Source: Chlorokybus atmophyticus
Taxonomy: Eukaryota > Plantae > Mesostigma and Chlorokybus algae
DNA length: 64,000 nucleotides
Direction: 5' to 3'
Assembly (NCBI GenBank): GCA_009103225.1
Contig: RHPI01002438.1
Span: forward strand, 936,755 to 1,000,754
Shown here: piece after piece, positions 13,216 through 25,617 of the stretch
Position numbering within the stretch: the first letter of the stretch is position 1
Layout: each line of letters starts with the position of its first letter
Position numbers and translations under genes: made by a program
The notes under the pieces: model-generated
What the model was told of the DNA's origin: nothing
The model's input: the letters and a program-made list of their open reading frames with translations, nothing else
Database searches by the model: none

Positions 13216-13251
13216 CTCGGTAGTAGTGAGTGAGATGCGCTGAGTGTACGT

Positions 13252-13849
13252 TGTACATAGAACCTGCGGCGCGTCAGTGCTGCTTGTGCATATATCCACA
13301 GCTATACCCTCTGGTGTAATCAGTTTTGATGGGCATGCATGTACAAAAGATGCACGGTGGACTATGTGCTTTGCTTGCCGCAAGGTAGATAGATGGGGTA
13401 TATGTTTAACCATAAGTGTGGTTAACTATACCTCATATATGTGTATACATGGTTTGTCTTGATCTAACTATCGCACTAGCGCTCATTCACTTGGTGTTTG
13501 CTCCTCTCCATAACTTTACTTGCCTCTCCTTTTATCTTTGAAAGATGTAGCAATTTCTATGTAGCAAATATAAGTTGTGTATTTGTCACAGCCCACTCGA
13601 GCATAAAAGAGTTATTGCTTTTATGGTCGTTTTGTGGTTATATAATGTACCTTCCTGTTACATCCCCCCCCACTTAAGAACGCTGACGTCCTCGGCAGCT
13701 GGCCATCAGCTGGGGAATTTTCCCAGGGGTTTGCTAGGGTCGGCCACCGGCCCCACCGGCAAAGACCGGCTAAATTAGGCCCATACCGGTTAACGCGCGC
13801 ATAGCGCGCCGTTAACGGCCCCACACAGGTCGCATCGAGCACATCAACA
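13252..13849 (-). mobile_element. Ty3/Gypsy-like 3' remnant: end of internal region, polypurine tract and start of 3' LTR
   Basis: The minus strand reads TTCTTAAGTGGGGGGGGA then TGTAACA (PPT about 13663-13675, LTR start 13662). The upstream frame ends ...PRTSAFLSGGG, the typical LxGGG overlap with the PPT. The left boundary is a guess. Confidence 0.4.
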
Positions 13850-14297
13850 AGAATATATACTTCCCAAGCTGGTACATGTAAACATTGCTCTGCTCGTCTA
13901 TTGCCAGTCTCAGTCTGCCCGATGTCTTTTCACAGAGGTGCACATAAGCCCAATCTCCAGAATACGATTGTTGTGCTTAGCAAAGTACACACAATCACTC
14001 TAAGTGCTTGAGTCACCGTGGTTGTGATATATCTTGAATGATTTCGCATGGTATAACACATTTTATCATCAGTATTGGCCATATGCTGTGCCAGCTTGCA
14101 CTGAAATCCCATGATTTCAACCTACGCAAGAGTAACAATTCATTATGACAAAATAACATCATTGCTAATTGCTGATCGTTCAACGACACTTGACTATACT
14201 TGACAATGTGCAAGGTGCGCTTGAGCTGCACAACTTTCTGATGGCAATAGAGAGTGTGTAGTTTTAGTCAGTCAGCAGAAGATGTGCAGCAGCAAAA

Positions 14298-14466
14298 TTA
14301 GGGTTTGCACGTCGCTAGTATCGCTACAACCAGTCGCAACGACAGCTGCGGTACGACACCCCTGGTCCATGTTGTCGCTTACGGGCGGGCGGCGGCGGCG
14401 GCGACGACAACGGTGACGTGGGAGCTGGAGGTGGCAAGACTTTGCTGCTCAACAGTAGAAACCCTA
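14298..14466. promoter_or_regulatory. Two telo-box motifs (TTAGGGTTT 14298-14306; AAACCCTA 14459-14466) upstream of PP6
   Basis: Exact matches about 200-360 bp upstream of the ATG, flanking a GGC-rich leader. Confidence 0.45.
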
Positions 14467-14660
14467 CAGCATTGCTTGTGTGCTTTGCCACAAGCTTGCG
14501 GGAACAGGGCGCTTTAGAGTGCCAGTGTGAGCGTTAGCAGGTCAACAGTGAGCCCACTGCTTGAGCAGTCGGTGGTTGGACCGCCGTCAGGCGAGGCCAG
14601 GCCAGCCCGGAGCAGGCCAGGGTAGGGGAAGGCAGGCCGGTGAGAGAAGAGAGAAGAAAG

Positions 14661-16376
14661 ATGGGTCTGGCGCTGGAGGAGTGGGCGGCGAAGGTGAGGA
14701 AGTGCGAGTATTTGGCTGAGGACGAGCTGAAGGCGCTCTGCGAGCACGTGAAGGGCATCCTGGTGGAGGAGAGCAACGTGCAGCCGGTGAACAGCCCCGT
14801 GACGGTGTGCGGCGACATCCATGGGCAGTTCCATGACCTGCTGAAGCTGTTCGAGACGGGGGGGCAGTGCCCGAGCACCGCCTACATCTTCATGGGGGAC
14901 TTCGTGGACAGGGGCTACAACAGCCTGGAGGTGTTCACTACGCTGATGCTGCTCAAGGCGAGGTTCCCCGCGCATGTCACGCTGCTGAGAGGCAATCACG
15001 AGAGCAGGCAGATCACGCAGGTGTATGGCTTCTATGACGAGTGCCAGCGCAAGTATGGCAACGCCAACGCATGGCGCTACTGCACAGCTGTGTTTGACTA
15101 CCTCACACTCTCCGCAATTATTGACGGACGCGTCCTATGCGTGCATGGAGGACTCTCACCCGACATTCGCACACTCGACCAGGTTTGCCCCTTATGTAAC
15201 GCCACTCACAGCTTGTTTAATTGTGTGCCACAATGCAAAGCAGCTTGCACTTTGTCAAGTGAGTCTTGCAAGTGGTAACAGTCACAGTAATCTTATACAA
15301 GTGATAGGAGTTACAGTAATTGCAGAATTGACTCTTGGACATTATTGGGGGGGGGCAAAACGACTGCAACGGGACGCATTGATGGTATTTGCATGCAGCT
15401 GACAGGTAAGCTGTAGGTTTTAAGCTCTCACTCTGCCATTGCAGGTGCGGACTATTGACCGGTTGTGCGAGATTCCTCATGAAGGACCGTTTTGCGGTGA
15501 GCACTGGTCATGCATTGGGGTGTGTTCAAAGACTTTCTTGTACTCGCCTGGCTGAGTCAGTGGTTGGCACAGATCTGATGTGGAGTGATCCGGAAGAAAT
15601 TGATACATGGGCGGTGAGCCCGCGCGGAGCAGGCTGGTTGTTTGGGGCGCGCGTGACAACAGAGGTACATCATTGTCCGATTGCATGCCACTGTTGGTTT
15701 AACAAGCACGCTGGGTGCATGCAGTTGGTGCCATAAGGTCAGTACATAGAAATTGACGCGCTTGTCAACAAGACATGTGCGCATAGATTTCAGAATGTGA
15801 TAATTGCAACACCCTGCATGTCACAAGCATTACATACTGTGCGCTGCAGCCGGCTGTAGTCCTTTTTAAGTCACCTATATCTGGATTGCATGGTAGGTAG
15901 GTTTGCTACATTAAGTCATGTTTGATCACACCCATGAGTACTCACTGATTGGTTGTGGGCCGCAGTTCAATCACATAAACAGCTTGGACTTGATATGTCG
16001 AGCGCATCAGCTGGTGCAGGAGGGGCTGAAGTACATGTTCCCAGATAAATCTCTGGTTACGGTCAGTACATGCATAGTTCTTGCGGCTTATATACGAGAC
16101 AAAGTGCTCATGAGCATGCAGGCGTTACTCACATTCTGTATGTTGCAGGTGTGGTCAGCGCCAAACTACTGCTATCGGTGTGGCAATGTTGCTTCAATAC
16201 TCTGCTTTGATGAGAAGATGGTGAGAGCTGAAACTTTTGAACTTAGTGTTACCCCGCATGATATGAAATTAACTGTTATACTGCATTCACAGGAACGAAC
16301 GGTCAAGTACTTCAGGGAAACAGAGGAGAACAACACGATGATGGCGCCTCGCGTCGCAGTCCCATACTTCTTGTAG
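14661..16376 (+). CDS. PPP6C: Serine/threonine protein phosphatase 6 catalytic subunit (plant FyPP-type); 6 exons
   Basis: GDIHGQ, GDFVDRG, RGNHE, HGGLSP, DLMWSDP, RAHQL and [11 protein letters not shown] motifs; C-terminus PYFL*; [10 protein letters not shown] and EGLKYMF are PP6-type. Exons about 14661-15182, 15445-15496, 15572-15664, 15966-16062, 16150-16220, 16292-16376. Confidence 0.97.
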
Positions 16377-18354
16377 ATGTCTGTTGTGCTATACCTGTAG
16401 CATAGTGTTGTACATTTAGTTGCCATGCTATGTATTGGTACATGCGCTTGCACGCCAATTTACCTACGAATTGTCATACAAGTTAACAAGTTTGCTGCAA
16501 ATGAAGGATTACACCTAGTGTTTAATCAACAGCAGTTTACAGGTACATCACGTGTCAGCTGATGCCAGAAGTATGCCTTGGTCGGCCGGTACCATCAAGC
16601 AGCAAGTTTAAATATGATTGCTGACTGGTGATGTGCATAAGGGAAGCCATTGCTTATACGTAGTGGACTGAGTTAAGTTAACATCCTCTCTCAGGACTCT
16701 TCGCGATGCATACAATTTTGTGTGGTCCTTAGGCAGTTTGATCGGTTGGTCTGCTGCCTGCCTTGGCCAGCATTTGCGTTACACATAGGATACAAAAAAT
16801 GCAAGAAGAAACTCGCACATGCAAATCAACGTGAACATGCAATGGTATATAGAGTAGGAATTGATCTTAGGCCCTTCATGTAGTAACTCTCTCGCCTGTC
16901 CCGCTGCTGCGTGATGTGTATCCTGGCTATTGTTAGCTTCAACAGGTCACATCAACACTCTACTACTGTGAACGTGTGTGCTCACATATCCACATACAAT
17001 GCTATTGCGTCCGCACATCAGGACTAGCAACGGAAGGCGTGCTTAATATATGCTCTACACATGGTGTATGTCAGTAAGAATCTGCTTGTTTGGCGGCCTG
17101 GCTGGAGTGTGTGCATTTAGCGCATGTGTAGAATACATGCAATGGTGTGCATGTGGCAAAGCCTATTAGATAAATACATGTTTGGCAGCTTGCTCATTGT
17201 GGGGTGTTGCTTCAGGTGAGGCGCTGTTCCTACTTGCTGCCTGCCCTGCCTTGCTGAGCGTGCTGCTGTGGAGCCCAGCACACGCCTTGCTTTGCCATTG
17301 CCTTGCCTTGCCTATGTAGGCTGATCTGAGTAGCAGATGCAAGGCACAGCAGCAGGAGCAGAGGCAAGATAGGGCTTTATTCCAACAGGGGCGTACACTA
17401 ACTACGTGCTTTTACCTGAGTGCGTGCAAGTGGGGCTGAGGGGTGGGTAGGATAGCGCAGCAAGACAAGGCAGCAAGCACACCAACCTATAGCAACAGGC
17501 GCGAGTGGTTAGACCAGGTAGGTAGGCCAGCAACCGCAACAGCAAAGCAGGGCGAGGGGGATGGTGGGATGGTGGTTCGGGTGCAGTGTGCTGTGCAGTC
17601 GCAGATGTCTAACAGTTAACTTGCAACTTGTGTCGTCTGTCCGATTGTCTGATTGTTGAGCTTGTTAGCACGGTGTTGTTGTCGTGCCATAGTCTTTGGC
17701 TATATTTGTGCCCTCAATGCGCATCCCCAACCACTCGGTAAGCCCAGGCCTAAGAACATCAACTGGCACACTCGTAACGACTTCTAGGTAGGCACCACAG
17801 GCACGGTTACCGAGTAGGTAGCTACGCATGCTAGCAGATTGGTGTGCATGTGCATGTGCATTGGTGCATGTGCATGTTCTTTTCCATCATGCTGCAGTGT
17901 ACCGGTATGCCTGGGCAAGGCAGTGCATAGCTGGGCGTGCTCTTGCGTATCAGCAGTGCATAAGTGACGTTAGGACAATATCTTTAATCAACAAACGCGC
18001 AAGTGCTCGTTACCAAGGAGCATGTTATGTACTTGTGTACCTGTCAAGCGCTTGTTGATATCTGGTACACCCAGCGCCCCATGCTTATGCAATCCTTCTA
18101 ACCTGCACTATACAAGCGCCCATGCTCCCCTGCAGAAGCAACCAAAAGCATGCAGATTGAACACATCACAGCACAAGGTGGTGAAGCCGTAGTGAAATGG
18201 TCACGCAGTTGTTGTACTACTGCAATAGTGAATTACACCGTGCCCGGGGCTCCAAGCTTCATGGCTCCCTATGCTCGCAGTCAGCAGACTTGACAACAAC
18301 CACATGGCTTAAGTGGCATCTTCCCCGCACAGCAGCCAATAAAGGACGCGCTGC

Positions 18355-18951
18355 TTAGTTCAGGGCGCCACCTGCATTTTCCAACATATCCAAAAACGGC
18401 ATCGGGCTTAACGATATCCCACTTTGCATTGTCAACCCTTGGAACCTGTCGTGGCTTTCCTTCACATGCAGCAACTCTCCGTCTGCAACTCTCATGGCAA
18501 ATGAATAGTCGCGATATTCGCACTCCCCCAATTCATCCCTCAGCTTCAGCCGTACGGCGAGCTCATCATCACGGACATAATTTATGAGGAGGAACTGGCA
18601 GCGAAAGGGTTCGCATTCCCTCCAATATGGCGCGCCATATGTTGTAAACAGATTACTATCCCCTCGCATAGACATGCAGAAGCCACCAACGAGAACTTGT
18701 GACTGCGCCTTCACTTCTTGCATGCGATCGTGGCACATGCGCACGAGGGACTTCAACTCCTTATGCATGTTGGCTGGCCACCGCTGCCGGTAGTACTCAT
18801 CCTCCACATCCGCAGCTGCTTGTCTCCAGGTCCTGTTCACGCAGGCGGCCATCGCTCGCGCTCGCGGGCTCAACTGCTTCATGATAGTGAACAACAGGTG
18901 GCCACTTGATGTTACAACTTCGGATGGCATGAGACAGCTTGCTGCTTGCAT
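18355..18951 (-). CDS. F-box-like protein, copy A (198 aa, single coding exon)
   Basis: N-terminal LLFTIMKQLSPRARAMAACVNRTWRQAA resembles the F-box consensus. Clear paralog of the copies at 25.0-25.6 kb and 29.6-30.3 kb (shared EYYRQRWP, CHDR, FAMRVxDGELLH). Splice acceptor CAG|G sits immediately before the ATG. Confidence 0.65.
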   Translation of the reverse strand: MQAASCLMPSEVVTSSGHLLFTIMKQLSPRARAMAACVNRTWRQAAADVEDEYYRQRWPANMHKELKSLVRMCHDRMQEVKAQSQVLVGGFCMSMRGDSNLFTTYGAPYWRECEPFRCQFLLINYVRDDELAVRLKLRDELGECEYRDYSFAMRVADGELLHVKESHDRFQGLTMQSGISLSPMPFLDMLENAGGALN

Positions 18952-20374
18952 CCTGGTGGATACGCGCAGTGAAAGTGGTGCCATCAGTTCAGCAGTAGCA
19001 TAATGCACATAACCATGCGCATTTTGACAGTCTCAATTGCAATCTCCTGATTGAGTCCATTCTTCTTTACCAGTGACGCAGCAACTTTCTTTTCCTCCAC
19101 TTACAAGTCTGTTGTTTGTCGACGGATTTGCAGTTTCGCACAGCAAAGACGCGTTTTCAGCTAAGATGCGTGTGCAGCTAAGCTTACAGTTACATGACGT
19201 CGAGCGGCTAAGAATGTGCTGTCGCAATCAAAGCTATCAGCCTGTAGTGCACGCCTTGGCAGGGTTCACCCATTGCAACAGCTGATTGCAAGCAGCTAGC
19301 AACACACATTGTGACGCGGGATGACCGCTGCATGTGACAAAGCTTAGCTACAAACGCACCTGCGAGCCTTGCTTGTGGGTTACAGCAAGAATAGGAACAC
19401 AGCTGACTCAGCGGTACTCAATTATAACAGCTCACTGCCCAACGCCTAACTTTCAGTATAACATTTCTGGCAGGGGACAAGCCTCACTCAGCTAATCTCA
19501 GGGCGAGAGGCGAGGCTCAGCTCAGCTCAGCTCAGCTGAGCTGAGTCAGCACGCCCGCAGGCATGCAAGGAGCATGACCTCAGTCAGGATGAATGCGCCA
19601 CGCGTTGGCCGCGTGACCAACACCCACCACGAACGACACTACATCACAGCCAGGCAATGCTTTACCTCCCCGCCACCGCCGCCACCGCCGCCGCCGCCGC
19701 CGTTGCTTCGCTGCCTAGTTCAAGTGACACCAGCACCAGTCAACGTCAAGAACGCTTTGCCTATGTGTTGTTCAAGCAGTGTTTCAGAAGCGGCAAGCTT
19801 TCATCCTTTGTAGAAGCAGCTTTTTGCGAAGCGCAACGCTCACATGCTTGGGTCGTCATCAACAACCACAACCACCGACAATGCGCCTGTTGCAGGTACG
19901 TGTGGCTGTTGGGTTCCTCTTTCCATGCTGTCTGACGAGCTCCCCTGCCCCACTATGTTGGTCAGCTCAAGCAGCTGCTGCTGACTGCTGTTGCAATTGC
20001 TGCTAGCAGGCAGTGACTCTTTCACCAGGCAACTGCCACTACTGCGCCTGTTGATGTAACTGCTAGCCATACAAGCACAGTAGCGTAGGCTGTAGTGTGC
20101 AGCATTTGAGGAAACAAGGCAATCAAGCCCATGCATCCGGCTCTACTTCTGTGCCTTTGCATGAAGAATGAGAGAACAGGTAGTGTCGTGCAATCTATGC
20201 TAGTCTTTGTTGGGTCAGCTACACGCCTCGAAGTGGGCTGTTAATTGCCTCATGCATTAACCACTTCCTGCCTTACAACTTACATGCAAGCTTGCTGAAA
20301 CAATGGTTGCTTGTGTTGGGCTTAGCATGCGGAGTCAGACAGCCCTCCTCGGTTGCAGCTGCTTGCTTGCTGTT

Positions 20375-20558
20375 TTGCAGCTTGTTCCTTAATACTTCAG
20401 CTTGCTTGGCTTGTTGGGTGTGGCTCTGTGGTGGCCACAGCAAGCTAGTGAGCGACTCTCTGCATTGCAGCTTGTTCCTTAATACTTCAGCTTGCTTGGC
20501 TTGTTGGGTGTGGCTCTGTGGTGGCCACAGCAAGCTAGTGAGCGACTCTCTGCATTGC
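20375..20558. repeat. Perfect 90-bp tandem duplication
   Basis: TTGCAGCTTGTTCCTTAATAC...GCGACTCTCTGCA occurs at 20375-20464 and identically at 20465-20554. Confidence 0.95.
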
Positions 20559-20899
20559 CGCAGCCGTCGGTTGGCGTTTCTTACAGTGTGGCAGTGGCTG
20601 AGTGGGCTGCTGGTGGCACTTTGTGCTCTGTGGTGAGGCTGCTGCGGCTGCATGCGTTCCCCCTGCCTCATGCAAATGAAGGTTGCATGTGCTACAGTGT
20701 TTGTTGTCCCCTTGGCTTGCGTCGTTTTTCACTGTTGACTGCTTAAAGAGCACAATGCAGCTAGCTTCATACGGCAGCTGCTTGCTGTACAAAGCAGTTC
20801 CGCACAACCGAGTTGGTACTCGCACTTATCTGAACAGATGCGACTGTCATGCTTTGTTGCACGCTTTCTCTTGCTTCACCCATACAAATCCTGCAAGTG

Positions 20900-23880
20900 G
20901 CATGCTGACGTCTTGAACCGACAACCACATGCAGCCTTCAGCACCACTGCATCTAACTGAAACTCATGGGTTTGCACTTGGCGCATGATGCTGGTTGCTA
21001 AAATGTACCCAACTTTTTTGTTATTGTGGCATCGGGCAGGACCTCACGCTCTAGCTTTGAACAGGTGCCATAGCGCGCACGTTAAGCAGCCGGCCTGCAC
21101 ACGCACGCGCTTGTGGGCATCGGGTCTACTACCTTCACGATCGCAGCTGTCGCATGTAAGAGCACTTGTCAAATCACTATCTCATACACTCAACGGAGCT
21201 CACACGCACTGCTAGCTCACTGCCAGCTGCTTGCCAGTATCAGACAGCGGTTGACTTAGGCATGTGTATGCAGCATATCAGACAGCACCACGATGCCCCC
21301 CGTCACACCGCATTGTGTTACACTAAACATTCACAGCTGTTGTGGTGAAAGGCTTGCTGTTGATCTTGTCTCTTTGCTTTGCAGGCATCATGCTGGTGAT
21401 TGCTCTGCTTGAGGCTGATTGAGGTGCCACTGAGGTACTCTTTGATGAAAGCGAACATGGGTATAGCTTTCTCGTGTGCATCAAACATCAGAGCGCTGCC
21501 GGAATTGCGTGCGCATGACTTCAGAGGTGCGTTCAATATGCTTCCTGCACTCATGAGTTAACCATTCCCACTTTCTGCTTACATATCTTGCTATGTGTGC
21601 AGGTATGTGGCCCCGTGCAACATGTCAAGCTCACGCAAGACCAACAGCGCGAGCATTTGGCACAAGAACCTCCTTGAACAACACCTGGAAGATGTTGTTC
21701 CTGTTACGAGAGCGAGAGTATCAGAGTGTAGCACCGCATGCAGCAAGTTGCCGACGTGCGGTACGCAAGCATACGCACGTGTGTGCTCTGCTCCCAACAT
21801 TCACTTCATGCATCTTTGGCCCCTCTGCAGATCTGGTTAAGTGGTGTTGCTTGGCTTCTCGACGTGTGACGGATGACGCAGCGTTGAAGTTAAGGGAGAT
21901 GTGGGCGGGTGTTTGTGTGTCTGTCTCCTTTGATGCTCGCACTGCAAAGCTGACTGCGTTTAGTGCACGTTGCTCTGGTGTTTTTGCAACATGGGTGTTT
22001 GATATCAGTGCTAAGACGGTGAGGTCCGCACGCGTGTGGGTGCCCTTCACGCATACACCATGTCGAGCCCCGCGTGCTGTAAGTTGCACTTCAACAACAC
22101 TCACTCTCACTCTCTCTCTCACGCACATGCACACGCACACGCACTTGCGCTGTCTCATACATTCACACTCTCACACTCACACACTTGCTTCCACGCTGTG
22201 TTTCACCCTCACACGCTCTCTCACTCACACTCTCACTCTTTCCGTGACACTCGCTGCTTTCACATACTGTGGTTCTCGCTCGCGACGATAAAACAACGAG
22301 AAGGGGCATGCGGACTACAACATTAATATAGAATGGGCCACGACCCCATCGTGCAGGTTGTGTGTCCTCATCATCCTAGAGGGGGAGGATGAGGTTAAAG
22401 AATGCGTGTGGTGCCTGTATGTGGTGTATATTGCAAAGGAAAAGCGGCACGGGTTCATGCACCACAAGAAGGTGTGTGCTTGCAGATGCATGCCTGGGGC
22501 GCACTCTCGTGCTGGAGTATGCGTTGTATACGTGCATGTGAATGCACGTATACAACGCATACTTACATGAGTACAATTTGCTTTCTTGGTACGCACAGAA
22601 ACCTGACCACACGCACATGCACACACAAGGATACACGTGCTTACACGCGCACGCGCACACACTTACGAGCATATGTGTGTTTGCGTGGGCGACTTGCAAG
22701 CCGCTTGCAGGGCCTGAGGCCAATACACCCCCACCTACGCATGCAGGCAGTGAGGGCCTCCGCTCTGATCACAAACGGTCAGTTCTTGATCAACATATGA
22801 ATTGTGTTGGCGGTGGTGACAAGCATAGCAATCGTCACAATGATGACTACTCGCGTCTTCTTTGTAGACACATCCCAACCACAACATTGCGTTCTGTGAG
22901 GCATGAAAGGTCTCTAACGGCATGCAGGGACCGTTTTATGGTTGGCAACGGCTGCGTGTTCCGCCGCAACGGTAGGTAGTGTACACTGTGATATTACGCA
23001 ACATGATGGTCATGTTGACACATGTACACGTGCACATGCACACCGTCATAATGATCGTTGCCAGCCGCACATGCGCCAACAACATCAACCACTCCATACG
23101 TGTCCCCGAGCACCGCCAGCTAAACACAACATAGAAGTTGCTGCGCGTGTGCGTGTGCGTGCGTACGCGCTCGCATGCGTGTGTGCGCATGCGCGTGCGT
23201 GTATGTATGGCGCTTACAACGTATGGTCCTTGCATCACTGGTCAGAGAAGCTATCAATTGCCAACATGATGCGTTGTCTTGTGCACACGAACACCCATTT
23301 CGCGCACTCGCAGTATTGCCCAAGTGGAGGGCAGGGCAGCGCAGGTCCTCAGCTTTGACGGTAAGTCCACAGTCCCGGAGGACCAGAGCGGGTGGGAGAA
23401 CCCCACCCCAAACAGGGATGGAGTGTTTGCCAACATAATAAACTACGAGTGCCAACATTGAGCTAGTATCTCGAAAATGCACAACGTAGCAGTTTGTATA
23501 CGTGGCATTGTGGCTGTCATGCGTGCATGGAATTTGTGTCGATAGCGGCTGCAGCTGCCGGGTAGTTGCAGTCGCACACGTTCACGTGTGTTCGTATTTG
23601 CAGTTGTGTGCAGTTGTGCAGTGTGGTAGGCATGGAGCCAAGTATGTGTCAGTACTTGAACTCTTGCTGTTCTAGTGATGAGAGAGTGTCGATGCATGGT
23701 ACAACCCGCACGCACCTGTGCACGCAAGTTGGGGGAGAAGGCGTTTGCACAACAATATACAGGACGCTTGGGAGGATGACTCATGTGCGTGGGTCGGGTC
23801 CACGCCATACGCACGCAAGGCACACTACGCAGTTATTAGTAAGAACAGAGTGTTGTCAAAAGCCACAACATGACTAGTGG
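20900..23880 (+). pseudogene. Degenerate partner segment X1, divergent from F-box copy A; coding status unresolved
   Basis: Nucleotide blocks homologous to 27060-28600 on the opposite strand. Conceptual peptides match: WVFDISAKTVRSARVWVPF vs WVFQTIAKAMRFARVWVPF, and DQSGWENPTP vs DQSEWENPTQ. Exon-like AG/GT-bounded blocks with stops; no intact ORF. Confidence 0.35.
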
Positions 23881-24349
23881 TACAGGTGGCGCTGGTGCAG
23901 GTAACCACGATTGCAACGTGTGCGTACATGACTGACAGAGGGGCGTAGATGTAGGTGTAGGAGTAGAGTAGGTAGCCCAGTGGTCGCATATGTAGTAAGA
24001 GGTGAGTGTGTTCTGCAGGCTGTTGCATGCGTGGTGTGATCTGAATGGGCATACCCCTCTCGCATTTTCTGTACACATGTGCGCTCACAGCACCAACGCT
24101 GAAGCCTTATTGCCGCGCCCATACGTGCGTATGCAGTACTCGTTTCTCTCCTCCTTATGCTGCACCTACCAACATGAAGCATTCGCAATAGAGGTTGCAA
24201 GGGTATGACTGTTAACAGAACGACTCGTTTTGGATAGCAACGGATTGTGTTCCGTCCTGAACATTGTAGCACTGTTATTATTGAGTGGGTTGGATTGTTG
24301 ATAAGTAGTAAGGAACCCCTGCTTCCTACGGCCTGCCGGCCTGCCCGTA

Positions 24350-24416
24350 TAGCACTGCCCCAAGGATGACATAGGCTAGTGTCACACTACCCTATGTCAT
24401 CCTTTGGGCAATGCTA
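24350..24416. other. 67-nt near-perfect hairpin (inverted repeat)
   Basis: TAGCACTGCCCCAAGGATGACATAGG-C-TAGTG-TCA-CACTA-C-CCTATGTCATCCTTTGGGCAATGCTA: 26-bp stem with 2 mismatches, plus a 5-bp inner stem and a 3-nt loop. Confidence 0.9.
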
Positions 24417-25003
24417 AAATAGCTGCAGCCCCTTGTGCACTTGTTGGCCCCTATCCGTGCTGAGGTAGGGCAGTGACGGCCGTGGCTTTGTGCATGGAGT
24501 GGTTGCGACAAAAACGTCAAGCATGCACCCGTATCACAGTTGCAACGCAGCCCAACCTTAAAAAACACTTCAACACATACAAATGTACACGGTTCTACAA
24601 CTCAGCGCCAGTCACTACCAACACATCAGCGTGTCGCACTGCTGGCACTACTGGCACACGCCACGCGCCGCGCACGCACATCCACCTACGACGCACAAAA
24701 CAGCAACAGCTGAGGTTTTGTGTGGTAGGCGTTGGCAGCGCTTGCATCCCTGCCCTACCTACCATCTGTCGAGAGGTTTACATGCACTACATAAGCACCT
24801 CCGCTCTTTTGCCAAGCAAGCGACTGCAGCTGCAGGTGGAACACGAGGTGGGGAAGTCGCTTCACTACATGCTGCAGCTGTACTGAAGCGTCGCGTCTGT
24901 GCTGTTGTGTGTCACACACGGTGACCACAACATCAACAGGACTCTGGGCTTGGATGGCTCTTCAAAGCAGCTTGACAGCCAGCATAAGCAACAGCCACAG
25001 TGC

Positions 25004-25617
25004 CTACATGGCTTTCCATCTTCCCCGTATAGCAGCCACTGCACAAACTTTAGCTGCGTTTGCAGCAACACTGTTGGGCGTGGGCACAGGAGTAGCAAAG
25101 CCAGGGCTTGTCCGATGCAGCAGCTCTCCATCTGCAACTCTTACGGCGAAGCCATGGATAATATCCGGGAACCCCAGCTTTTCACACCCAACTCACCCCT
25201 TAGCTGCAGCTGTTTGTCGAACTCAGCTTCACGAGCATAGCTTTGAAGGAACTGGCCGCTGACGTCCCCTTGGTACATGAACATGCTTGTCCAAGTCAGC
25301 GGTTCTGCTTGTGAGAGTCAATTGCGATCACCTAGCATCGCCATTGCAAAGCCGAATGCGAACACTTGTGGCTGAGTCTTCAGTTCTTGCATGCGGTCAT
25401 GGCACACGCGCACGAGGGTCTTCATCTCTTTATGCATGTTGGTGGGCCAGCGCTGGTCGTAGTCAAATTCTGCATCTGCAGCTGCTTGTCTCTAGGTCCT
25501 GTTTACACAGGCAGCCACCGCTCGCACACGCGGGCTCAGCTGCTTGTGAATCATGAACAACAGGTCGCCATATGCTGCTACAGCTTCGGATAGCATGGGA
25601 CAGCCTGCTGCCTGCAT
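25004..25617 (-). pseudogene. F-box-like copy B, pseudogene
   Basis: Aligns with copies A and C. TGG>TAG at codon 42 (25492-25494, VNRT*RQ), TGA at codon 100 (25318-25320), and a frameshift near 25165 before FAVRVADGELLH. Confidence 0.8.

Noticed and set aside
16628-16671. Box C/D snoRNA-like GTGATGT...CTGA
   Set aside because: Imperfect C box, too short, and no terminal stem or recognisable rRNA guide.
17733-17815. 9-bp inverted repeat ACTCGGTAA / TTACCGAGT (also the 10-bp stem at 5136-5170)
   Set aside because: Too short and no TSD, so it cannot be supported as a MITE.
24359-24370. CCAAGGATGAC in the hairpin matches the core of plant miR169 as recalled
   Set aside because: Only about 12 of 21 positions match and the 5' seed differs; probably coincidence.
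24377-24389. TAGTG-TCA-CACTA resembling joined CACTA termini
   Set aside because: No subterminal repeats or element bodies on either side; explained by the palindrome itself.
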